25,325 nt of DNA from a virus (taxonomy: Duplodnaviria > Caudoviricetes). The position numbers were made by a program, and so were the translations under genes. The stretch spans positions 1 through 25,325 of the IMG/VR virus record IMGVR_UViG_3300007722_000103; one strand, given 5' to 3'. Positions 9,590 to 17,395 of the stretch are shown in pieces. The notes under the pieces were generated by a model, which saw only the letters and a list, made by a program, of their open reading frames with translations, was not told where the DNA came from and searched no databases. The first letter of the stretch is position 1, and each line of letters begins with the position of its first letter.

Positions 9590-10497
9590 TTGATCTTTTC
9601 CCAAAAGTTTGTAGTAGCAAGACGAGAAGATTCCAGTGCACCTTCACGTGTCTTGACTTGATCAACTACGTCTTTCCAGTCTTGATCTCGCTTTAAAATC
9701 CAAGGAGCATATTTCATACTCAAAAATTTACTGCTCCAAGGTTCCACTACAATAACTATTTTTCCTAACAGCACACCCCAGTAAGCGCCGTGATAACTGT
9801 TGGTTAATATTATGTTGGCACTGCCTAATAATTCTATAGTTTGATCAATGTTGTTTCCAGAATTCACAAACCGAGGCATACTATCATTGCCAAAGTTTTT
9901 GATCAATTGTTTCTTGTGTTCATAGAATATAACATCATTTTTAATTGCATATTTTTTGTCCAGTGCTGGATGCATACAACTGGCACAAGGTACCCATGGT
10001 TGATTCTGATCCCAGTCTCGGATACCCACTTCGTCAAAGTTCATCAGCCAGTCTGGGTATAATATGTCGGCTTCACCGCGTTTGTCTACTGGGCCGTTGT
10101 GTCCTGCACCCCAAATATGTCTCGGCGCAGACACTGGTTTAATTTTATTCATGTACCGTTTAATAAAATTACGATGTGCAAATTGAAATTCTTCATGGGC
10201 TTTTTCGTTGGCCAGATCTCTTAGATTCCATTTATGTTTTTGTATGCTTGTTAACTGGTCTAAATCTGCCGATGGCAGCAATGATTGAATGGTATCTCCA
10301 AAAAATTCATTACCAATGAGTCCACCACCGCCAACAATCATTGGTAATCCACTGTTGTACTCTGTTTCTTTTATTCGCGTAATGTCAACCACTTGATATT
10401 CTTCTGGTTTAAGGAAGTATTGCAATGGGTTACTGGACAAATCGCCCACATTGTTTGGGTCGGCACGGTGTACAACAGTAAACTTTGTCTTAGTCAT
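9586..10497 (-). CDS. polysaccharide pyruvyl transferase-like protein
   Basis: Start moved to MTKTKF; NVGD, IVGGGGL, IWGAG, VGIRD, ILTNSYHG....LLGK follow the PS_pyruv_trans motif order. Confidence 0.6.
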   Translation of the reverse strand: MTKTKFTVVHRADPNNVGDLSSNPLQYFLKPEEYQVVDITRIKETEYNSGLPMIVGGGGLIGNEFFGDTIQSLLPSADLDQLTSIQKHKWNLRDLANEKAHEEFQFAHRNFIKRYMNKIKPVSAPRHIWGAGHNGPVDKRGEADILYPDWLMNFDEVGIRDWDQNQPWVPCASCMHPALDKKYAIKNDVIFYEHKKQLIKNFGNDSMPRFVNSGNNIDQTIELLGSANIILTNSYHGAYWGVLLGKIVIVVEPWSSKFLSMKYAPWILKRDQDWKDVVDQVKTREGALESSRLATTNFWEKIK

Positions 10498-11194
10498 CAG
10501 TGGTCTTTTGTTGACAGTATTCTGTAAGCTCGCGCTCGTTGTGCCACACCTCTGCCATTGTGGTGTTGGCAAAGTCGGTAAAGCAAGGCGTACCCAACGT
10601 GTAGTGCAGCAGCTTGGCGCCTGCATTTTCTCCTAGTTCGTCCGGTAACCAGTTCCATTCCAATGGTAGTTCGCCGATACGGTTGTCATCCAACCAGGTA
10701 AAGCGATGCAACTCTGCACCGGTACTTTTTTCGATAAATTCTGGCGTCAACTGTTTATTTGGAAAGCTACCACAGTTCCACAAGATAACACTGCTCCAAT
10801 TTTTGCGAGGATAGTCTTCATTTTTACTGCCAAGATACTTTACAGGCATTCTAGTTTTGTAATTGTGCTTGACTACCATAACATCTTTGAATGGATCACA
10901 CATATCCCAGAGTTTAGTGATATCGTCTCTGACAATCATGTCACCGTCTAAGAAAATTGCCCAACCACTAAATCCCATAAGGTGTGGTACTAAGAATCGT
11001 GTGTAGATAAAGTGGTTAGACCCATCGTTGTGTGTTTCTTTGTAGTCGTTGAACAAGTTCAACGCCACTGGCACAATGGCAACCGGTCGACTAGCATGAC
11101 GGATAATGCTGTTGACACAGGTGTGATAAGCAATTGCTTCTCTCGGGTCGTATCCAATGAAAATAGGAATAGGTAGTTTGGTGTTTGTGGTCAT
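10490..11194 (-). CDS. GT8-like glycosyltransferase
   Basis: IFIGYDPRE, FIYTRFLVP, AIFLDGDM (DxD), YPRKNWSSVILWNC, LPLEWNWL, LLHYTLGTP. Confidence 0.8.
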   Translation of the reverse strand: MTTNTKLPIPIFIGYDPREAIAYHTCVNSIIRHASRPVAIVPVALNLFNDYKETHNDGSNHFIYTRFLVPHLMGFSGWAIFLDGDMIVRDDITKLWDMCDPFKDVMVVKHNYKTRMPVKYLGSKNEDYPRKNWSSVILWNCGSFPNKQLTPEFIEKSTGAELHRFTWLDDNRIGELPLEWNWLPDELGENAGAKLLHYTLGTPCFTDFANTTMAEVWHNERELTEYCQQKTTDD

Positions 11195-11199
11195 TTTGT

Positions 11200-11646
11200 T
11201 TATTTAATGTTTGTGCAATCAGCAATGATATAGCCACCGGCTTTTGTGTACTTGCAGTTGCTCCACTGAGTGGACAATAATGCAGCGATTGATTCTTGTG
11301 TAAACGATTGTCGCCATGCTGGCTTTGGCACAGCTCTTGCCAATACCATAATAATAAATCTATCAGCAAACGGGCTTATTGCCTGCACAAATGCTGCTGG
11401 ATCTTTGATGTATTCTAATACTCCAAGAACAAGTCCTGCATCGTAGTGTTTGTCTAATGCAATGGTCTCAGTATCAAAGTCAATTTGAATGTCAGCAGTA
11501 GCACCACGATCCAATCCTATGTATTCGCGGAATGTTTGATAGTTCAATACACTTCGATCACCGCATCCAAAGTCAACCACACTGCAATCAGCAAGCTCAA
11601 ATTGATCTAACAGTATATTGCGCTTTGCCCAAGTTGGTTCAGTCAT
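11200..11646 (-). CDS. small class I SAM-dependent methyltransferase
   Basis: SVVDFGCG, YIGLD, LGVLEYI. Confidence 0.7.
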   Translation of the reverse strand: MTEPTWAKRNILLDQFELADCSVVDFGCGDRSVLNYQTFREYIGLDRGATADIQIDFDTETIALDKHYDAGLVLGVLEYIKDPAAFVQAISPFADRFIIMVLARAVPKPAWRQSFTQESIAALLSTQWSNCKYTKAGGYIIADCTNIK

Positions 11647-12547
11647 CGAAGTATACTCCTTTCAAATGATTCCATGCAGTGCCGTCATTTAACTCGTTCA
11701 TATTCCAGATCATATAAGCAGCGTTGTGCAACCATTGTGTACGGTCTATATCTAATATTGGATTGGACAGATCTTCAATTCTATTGCTTATGTCCCACAC
11801 AACGCTTTCGTCACTGAGCGGAAAAGTAGGAATGCCCTCACAGGTACTTTCTACCAATGAGTTGCTGTTGTATCCTACAACAGCGCAGGCAGCATCAAAG
11901 TCTTTTTGCAATCCTTCGCCGCCTTCGTACACTGTACGCTGGTTCCATGTTTGGCTTAATGTTATATTTTTTCCTATAAACCGATTGAAGTTTATTTTCT
12001 TTGTTTTTAAATGCGGACGAATCATTATGGGTGCGTCTGAGTACAACTTGATTTGTTCTATAGTGTGTGCAATCCAGTCTTCGTATGAGTTGTACTTTTT
12101 GTACAAGCTGTTAAGAGTTGAATCTCCGGGCTTTTGTAAACATAATAAAACATGCCCGCTGCGCTGCTGCCATGGCTTAATTTCTATGTTTTGTAATTTC
12201 TGTATATGATTCCATCTATCTGCAGGACTGTTGGCATTGTTGAAGTTGCCACTTCTTAAGAAATGCCCCCACCCTAATCTATAATAGCATTTGTCCAGGT
12301 GACGCACTGAAAAACTGTTTTTTCTAAACAAATTTGATTCGCAAACAAGCACAGGCTTTCCTGAGTCATTTATAAAATCGTACTCGACCATACCTGCGGT
12401 CTTGCGCTTCTTTACGTTGATTTGAAAATAACAATCAGCATTGAATTTTTCTGGATCGTCAAAATTTAAGATTTTCCAGTTGGGTATTTTAAAATCAACT
12501 TGAAAAAATCTATTGATCAAGCCATTGAATGCCACAACACGGGTCAT
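11639..12547 (-). CDS. KpsS/KpsC-like putative glycosyltransferase, paralog 4
   Basis: NSPADRW, LQKPGDSTL, IMIRPH, VVGYNSNSLVESTCEGIPTF, DRTQWLHNAAYMIW. Confidence 0.65.
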   Translation of the reverse strand: MTRVVAFNGLINRFFQVDFKIPNWKILNFDDPEKFNADCYFQINVKKRKTAGMVEYDFINDSGKPVLVCESNLFRKNSFSVRHLDKCYYRLGWGHFLRSGNFNNANSPADRWNHIQKLQNIEIKPWQQRSGHVLLCLQKPGDSTLNSLYKKYNSYEDWIAHTIEQIKLYSDAPIMIRPHLKTKKINFNRFIGKNITLSQTWNQRTVYEGGEGLQKDFDAACAVVGYNSNSLVESTCEGIPTFPLSDESVVWDISNRIEDLSNPILDIDRTQWLHNAAYMIWNMNELNDGTAWNHLKGVYFDD

Positions 12548-13305
12548 TTGCGTTCGATATCTTCTTCTACGCAGTTATTGCCGTATTGAATTTCGATCAG
12601 TCTAAGTGGCCGATCAGTTTCGTTGCACAACATATGCCATTCGTTTGTTTTGATAAAAGTATGCTGATGCGCTGTCATGTGACATTTCAAGTCGTGGTCG
12701 GTTGATTTGTCTAGTGTGTATACTGCACCTTTACCTTCGGCAACAAACCAAAACTCTGCACGGTGTTCATGCCGTTGCATACTTAAACAAGTCTTTGGAG
12801 CAACAGTGAGCTCTTTCAGTTTGACACTGGCACCAACTTCGTGCAACACACGATAGTATCCCCATGCTCGACTAGTTTTGGGTTTTTTCCATTCTTCCAG
12901 TATCCAACTGCTGCTGTTGGCTTTGTTGGTACCGCCCACACCAAACTCAAATGTCAACCGATCATCTTTGACACTCATTTCTGGAATATTTACATTGGTA
13001 CGATCACCACCATTGGCAAACACCAGGTCGGCATCAGGATATAACTGTCTTACATTTTTAATAGCTTCTACAGCAGATCCGTCGTTGTCGTTGAACAGCA
13101 CAACACCGTCTACTGGTTTGAGATTTTCTATAATGCTCACACGCTCTGTGACAGGCATAAACGACTTGCCTTTTTTTCGTTCAAGCCATTGGTCTGAATT
13201 GACGCCAACAACAAGGCGATCGCCCAACTCACGTGCTGCTTTAAGATATGCTATGTGCCCGGAATGCACAGGATCAAACCCACCGGTTACTATTACAATT
13301 TTCAT
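12544..13305 (-). CDS. cytidylyltransferase (RfaE/TagD-like) fused to a mannose-6-phosphate-isomerase-type cupin
   Basis: Start moved to MKIVIVTGGFDPVHSGH (HxGH); VVGVNSD, FANGGDR, SSS; C-terminal RAWGYY, LSMQRH.HRAEFW, IEIQYG..EEDIER. Confidence 0.85.
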   Translation of the reverse strand: MKIVIVTGGFDPVHSGHIAYLKAARELGDRLVVGVNSDQWLERKKGKSFMPVTERVSIIENLKPVDGVVLFNDNDGSAVEAIKNVRQLYPDADLVFANGGDRTNVNIPEMSVKDDRLTFEFGVGGTNKANSSSWILEEWKKPKTSRAWGYYRVLHEVGASVKLKELTVAPKTCLSMQRHEHRAEFWFVAEGKGAVYTLDKSTDHDLKCHMTAHQHTFIKTNEWHMLCNETDRPLRLIEIQYGNNCVEEDIERK

Positions 13306-13310
13306 AAAGA

Positions 13311-13338
13311 TATTTACCGTTATATACACACATAAATA
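13311..13338. promoter_or_regulatory. back-to-back late-type promoters
   Basis: TAAATA on - (13311-13316) 5 nt before ATG 13305 and on + (13333-13338) 4 nt before ATG 13343. Confidence 0.65.
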
Positions 13339-13342
13339 TAGA

Positions 13343-14074
13343 ATGACACTAACAATTGCCAACACAGAGCCGTTAGATTGTGCTTGTGTAATACACGGCA
13401 ACGGGTACGATTGGATTTATGTGGATCGATTGTACAACATGTTGTGCAGGCATTTGACACGCCCATTTCGATTACATGTGTACACAGAAGCCCACAGACC
13501 AGTGCCAGGCCATATGATCAAGCATGCATTGCAAGACTGGGGATTTGTAGGACCTAAAAAGAGTTGGTGGTACAAACTACAATTGTTCAACACGCAACAT
13601 CATACAGGTCCATTGTTGTATTTTGATCTAGATGTTGTTATTGTCAACAACATAGACTGGCTTTGGCAGTTGCCATTGCGACATTTTTGGACCATTAGAG
13701 ATTTCAAGTATCTATGGAAATCAAATTGGACTGGTGCAAACTCCAGTGTCATGTGGTGGGACACAACACAATACAAACACATATGGGAAACTGTGGTGAA
13801 ACAGGATATTAATTTTTTTGCTGCCAAGTATCGCGGAGATCAAGATTTTATATCAGATGTTATACCACCCGCACATCGTCGTTTTTTTCGCACAGAATGG
13901 ATAAAAAGTTGGAGGTGGGAATGTTTAGACGGAGGATTCGACTTTCGACGTAGAAAATACTCGACACCAGGATTTGGAACAAAAATCAACAAAGACACTA
14001 GTATTTTAGTGTTTCACGGCAGCCCCAACCCCCATGAGACAACTGATCCGGTGATTGCAAATCATTGGCAGTAA
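13343..14074 (+). CDS. GT8-like/GT-A glycosyltransferase (243 aa)
   Basis: Start moved from 12878 to ATG 13343; YVDRLYNM, WWYKLQLF, LLYFDLDVVI (DxD), NSSVMWW, GDQDFI, ILVFHGSPNP. Confidence 0.8.
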   Translation: MTLTIANTEPLDCACVIHGNGYDWIYVDRLYNMLCRHLTRPFRLHVYTEAHRPVPGHMIKHALQDWGFVGPKKSWWYKLQLFNTQHHTGPLLYFDLDVVIVNNIDWLWQLPLRHFWTIRDFKYLWKSNWTGANSSVMWWDTTQYKHIWETVVKQDINFFAAKYRGDQDFISDVIPPAHRRFFRTEWIKSWRWECLDGGFDFRRRKYSTPGFGTKINKDTSILVFHGSPNPHETTDPVIANHWQ

Positions 14075-14105
14075 CAAATTCTGATGTTAACAGGGTTTTT
14101 TGTGG

Positions 14106-14134
14106 TTGACGTATAATACGCCTTTTGCTATAAT
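14106..14134 (+). promoter_or_regulatory. strong sigma70-type early promoter, copy 1
   Basis: TTGACG, 17 nt, TG-n-TATAAT. Confidence 0.8.
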
Positions 14135-14165
14135 ATGTACATAGAGCAACAAAAAAGGACCTAAA

Positions 14166-14318
14166 ATGCAATACACGTTGATCACAAAAACGGGCAAAGT
14201 TATGCAATTTTACATCAAGTCTGTAGCAGACACTTACCAACTCAATTTAGGAGGTGTTGTTTTTACACAACAAGTACTCAGCACTGAAACAGTGGCCAAC
14301 AACCCAGTTGACCAATAA
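14166..14318 (+). CDS. 50-aa hypothetical protein missing from the ORF track
   Basis: MQYTLITKTGKVMQFYIKSVADTYQLNLGGVVFTQQVLSTETVANNPVDQ*; AAGGA ribosome binding site and a promoter directly upstream. Confidence 0.7.
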   Translation: MQYTLITKTGKVMQFYIKSVADTYQLNLGGVVFTQQVLSTETVANNPVDQ

Positions 14319-14336
14319 TTGCTCTTTTGCTATAAT
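14308..14336 (+). promoter_or_regulatory. strong sigma70-type early promoter, copy 2
   Basis: TTGACC, 17 nt, TG-n-TATAAT; shares CTTTTGCTATAATATnnACATAGA with copy 1. Confidence 0.8.
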
Positions 14337-14369
14337 ATACACATAGACAGCAATAACTAGGAGTTAAAA

Positions 14370-15389
14370 TTGAACGCAATTTGTATCAAAAACGGTGTTT
14401 ACCGCAATCGTCCTGTTAACAACATCAACTTTGCCCTTGTAAAAGGCTACACTACTGGAGCAAAAGGCAACTACGTAACTGTAGATTCAGATGGTTACTT
14501 TGGCCCAGAGTTTAAAACTGTTCGCATTCGGGTAAATGCAATTGAAGATTTTGAATACATCAACGGAGAAAATATGGAGCAACAATCAGCACCCGCTGTT
14601 CCTGTGGTAAAAGAAACTGACGAAGAAGCAATCAACCGCATCCGCGAGCGTTTTGACATTTTGACTCAAATGACAAAGGCAACAGTAAGCGGCGACATTC
14701 GTGCTATGATTGTGAGTGGCCCTCCCGGCGTAGGCAAGAGCTTTGGAGTAGAACAAGAAATTGAAAAGTCTTGTTTGTTTGACAAATTGGCAGGCAAGCG
14801 ACTTCGTGCAGAAGTTGTCAAAGGCAGTGCTACTCCAATCGGACTGTATCAAACACTTTACAAATTCTCCGACGCCAACTGTGTTGTGGTGTTTGATGAC
14901 TGCGACAGCATTTTGTTAGATGACGTTGCTCTTAACTTGCTCAAAGGTGCATTGGACTCCGGCAAGAAACGTGTTATTTCGTGGTTGAGTGAAAGCAGTG
15001 CTCTGCGTCGCGAAGGCATTCCAGAGCGTTTTGAGTTCAAAGGTAGTGTGATTTTTATCACCAACTTGAAGTTTGACAAGATGAAGTCACAAAAACTCAA
15101 AGATCACTTGGATGCATTGCAAAGTCGTTGTCACTACTTGGATTTGACACTGGACACAATGCGTGACAAGATTTTGCGTATTCAGCAAATTGCCAAAGAC
15201 GGCGTGTTGTTTTCAGATTATGATTTTGATGCAGTGGCACAAGACGAGATTATTGAGTTTATGGACACAAATCAAAATCGTTTGCGTGAGGTGAGCTTGC
15301 GTATGGCATTGAAGATTGCAGACTTGCGCAAACTGAGTGCCACCAATTGGATGAGATTAGCAGAAACAACTTGTATGAAAGTTGCTTGA
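14370..15389 (+). CDS. AAA+ ATPase
   Basis: TTG start with AGGAG; Walker A GPPGVGKS, Walker B VVVFDDCD, sensor-1 IFITN, ALQSRC arginine finger. Confidence 0.85.
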   Translation: MNAICIKNGVYRNRPVNNINFALVKGYTTGAKGNYVTVDSDGYFGPEFKTVRIRVNAIEDFEYINGENMEQQSAPAVPVVKETDEEAINRIRERFDILTQMTKATVSGDIRAMIVSGPPGVGKSFGVEQEIEKSCLFDKLAGKRLRAEVVKGSATPIGLYQTLYKFSDANCVVVFDDCDSILLDDVALNLLKGALDSGKKRVISWLSESSALRREGIPERFEFKGSVIFITNLKFDKMKSQKLKDHLDALQSRCHYLDLTLDTMRDKILRIQQIAKDGVLFSDYDFDAVAQDEIIEFMDTNQNRLREVSLRMALKIADLRKLSATNWMRLAETTCMKVA

Positions 15390-15425
15390 ACAATTTAACT
15401 CCAGGGTAGACAATCTACTCTTTTG

Positions 15426-15459
15426 AGCAGGTATTAGTAAAATAATACCTGCTTTTTTT
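15426..15459 (+). terminator. intrinsic terminator
   Basis: Perfect 11 bp stem AGCAGGTATTA / TAATACCTGCT with GTAAAA loop, followed by a T tract. Confidence 0.85.
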
Positions 15460-15486
15460 GACTTTGCTGTTTAAATAATATATAAT
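15458..15486 (+). promoter_or_regulatory. sigma70-type promoter with nested TAAATA
   Basis: TTGACT, 17 nt, TATAAT ending 5 nt before ATG 15492; TAAATA at 15472-15477. Confidence 0.7.
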
Positions 15487-15491
15487 GTAGA

Positions 15492-16355
15492 ATGGACATG
15501 TACATCGAGCTTGATAAAAATCTAACTTTGCAATTTCGCCTTTTAGGCTCCCCACTAACTGAGTTATGGCTGGAAAGAATGAATCAGCGAGATCAATATC
15601 CGCTCGACCATCCAGATAGATTTTACGGGTTTGATTCGCTAGATACCGAAGCGTCTCGTGCTACAAAAATGATAGTTGATTGTATAGACACAATCAATTT
15701 ACATCAACACATTATTACAAAACCATTTACAACACTATATGACCAAGAATGCTTAAATTATCTACACAATATATTTGAAAAATATCACGGTCTGTTAGAC
15801 AAACAAGATACTGATTATTGGATTAATGCTCCGGATGCTGTTAAAAAGGCCCTTGCAGAATTAAATTTAGCAGTTCATAGATGCGAATCAGTGCATAAAG
15901 GAGCAGACCCTAGATTTGTTTGCACTTGGTTTGGATTACCAAAAACTAAAAGACTACCTGTTGGCATAATAGAAAAATATGGAACATTAAAATCAACATT
16001 CGGAACTGTGTATTTAAACTATGTTGAAATTGGAAAGACATTAGCAGACCTAGCACACGATAATGATAACTATATTGCCGACGATGCATTTAAACCATTT
16101 AATTTTTATAGCGCAGATTTTGTTGTAAGATTTAATATATCAGACCAACAAACATCTAAGCAGTTAGTAGAAATGGAAAAATACTTTAACGAACATAACG
16201 ACTTTTTTCAAAGTAGAGGTTACAATACATTTAATCATGAAAAATTAATGCCATATCATTTACCGGTAGCCGAATTAGTTGAAACAATGCCGCAAGAACA
16301 ATTACTCAAAGAAATACAACAACAACAATATATCAATAAAGTATATTTTAAATGA
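15492..16355 (+). CDS. hypothetical protein (287 aa)
   Basis: Long AT-rich ORF with its own promoter and ATGA coupling to the helicase gene; no family recognised. Confidence 0.75.
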   Translation: MDMYIELDKNLTLQFRLLGSPLTELWLERMNQRDQYPLDHPDRFYGFDSLDTEASRATKMIVDCIDTINLHQHIITKPFTTLYDQECLNYLHNIFEKYHGLLDKQDTDYWINAPDAVKKALAELNLAVHRCESVHKGADPRFVCTWFGLPKTKRLPVGIIEKYGTLKSTFGTVYLNYVEIGKTLADLAHDNDNYIADDAFKPFNFYSADFVVRFNISDQQTSKQLVEMEKYFNEHNDFFQSRGYNTFNHEKLMPYHLPVAELVETMPQEQLLKEIQQQQYINKVYFK

Positions 16356-17368
16356 AAAAAGCCACAATTGTAATACGAGACGAAGTCAATATCAAAATTG
16401 AAGGGCTTGAACTGGATGCACGCCGTGCATTAACTAATGCTTTTAAATATGATGTGCCCGGTGCTCGATACTTGCCCGCGGTTCGTTTGGGACGATGGGA
16501 CGGCAAGGTTAGTTACTTTCAATTGGGTGGCAGTACCTATGTAAATCTGTTGCCAGAGATTGTGCCTATACTGGAAAAGTTCAATTACGATATTGAGCTA
16601 GATGATCAGCGTACATACTCGACCACATTTGAATTTGACCATATCAAAGAAGACTCATTCGCTCACAAGGTATGGCCCAAAACACATCCCATGGCAGGAC
16701 AACCTGTGGTGTTGCGTGACTACCAAGTGGAGATTATCAATGCGTTTCTTTGCAACCCACAATGCATACAAGAAGTGGCAACAGGTGCTGGCAAGACACT
16801 GATGACAGCAGCACTGAGTTTGAGCATTGAACCGTATGGTCGCAGTATTGTTATTGTGCCCAACAAGAGTTTGGTTGGCCAAACAGAAGCAGACTATGTC
16901 AACTTGGGGCTAGATGTGGGTGTTTACTTTGGAGACCGTAAAGAATTTGGACGTACACATACAATATGCACATGGCAAAGTTTAAATGTGCTGATGAAGA
17001 ATACCAAGAGTGGTGTAGCAGAGTGTACCATACAAGACTTCATTGAAGATGTTGTTTGTGTAATGGTTGACGAGTGTTTTGATGGCAATGCTCGAGTATT
17101 GACCCCCGACGGGTATGTTCTTATAAAAGATATTAAAGTAGGTGACACAATAGTTAATTTTTCCGAAGAAACGCAAGAATTTAAAACAGATACTGTTGTG
17201 AAACACCATAAAAATTTAACAAATTCTGCCAGTGAAAAAATGTATGAATTAGAGTTTGATACCGGTGTAAAAATACAAGTCACTGGTAATCATAAATTTC
17301 TCACAACTCAAGGATGGTGCCGGGCCGATGAACTAACCGAACATCATAATATTTTGAATAAAACATAA
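16352..17368 (+). CDS. uvsW: UvsW-like SF2 helicase N-terminal half fused to split-intein N fragment
   Basis: WDGK, LRDYQ, ATGAGKT (Walker A), IVIVPNKSL, TWQSL, VMVDE, then intein block A. Confidence 0.92.
   Translation: MKKATIVIRDEVNIKIEGLELDARRALTNAFKYDVPGARYLPAVRLGRWDGKVSYFQLGGSTYVNLLPEIVPILEKFNYDIELDDQRTYSTTFEFDHIKEDSFAHKVWPKTHPMAGQPVVLRDYQVEIINAFLCNPQCIQEVATGAGKTLMTAALSLSIEPYGRSIVIVPNKSLVGQTEADYVNLGLDVGVYFGDRKEFGRTHTICTWQSLNVLMKNTKSGVAECTIQDFIEDVVCVMVDECFDGNARVLTPDGYVLIKDIKVGDTIVNFSEETQEFKTDTVVKHHKNLTNSASEKMYELEFDTGVKIQVTGNHKFLTTQGWCRADELTEHHNILNKT
17075..17365 (+). mobile_element. split intein N fragment (97 aa)
   Basis: Block A CFDGNARVLT, IKDIKVGD, block B IQVTGNHKF, GWCRADEL, then stop. 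Confidence 0.92.
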
Positions 17369-17395
17369 ATACACATAACTAATGCAGAGGTATTT

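Noticed and set aside
10498-10626. Long N-terminal extensions in the track for ORFs ending at 9586, 7752 and 7279
   Set aside because: They overlap upstream same-strand genes; downstream ATGs give standard short couplings.
12878-13342. 155-aa N-terminal extension of the 398-aa ORF
   Set aside because: Antisense shadow of the cytidylyltransferase; glycosyltransferase motifs and a promoter box point to ATG 13343.
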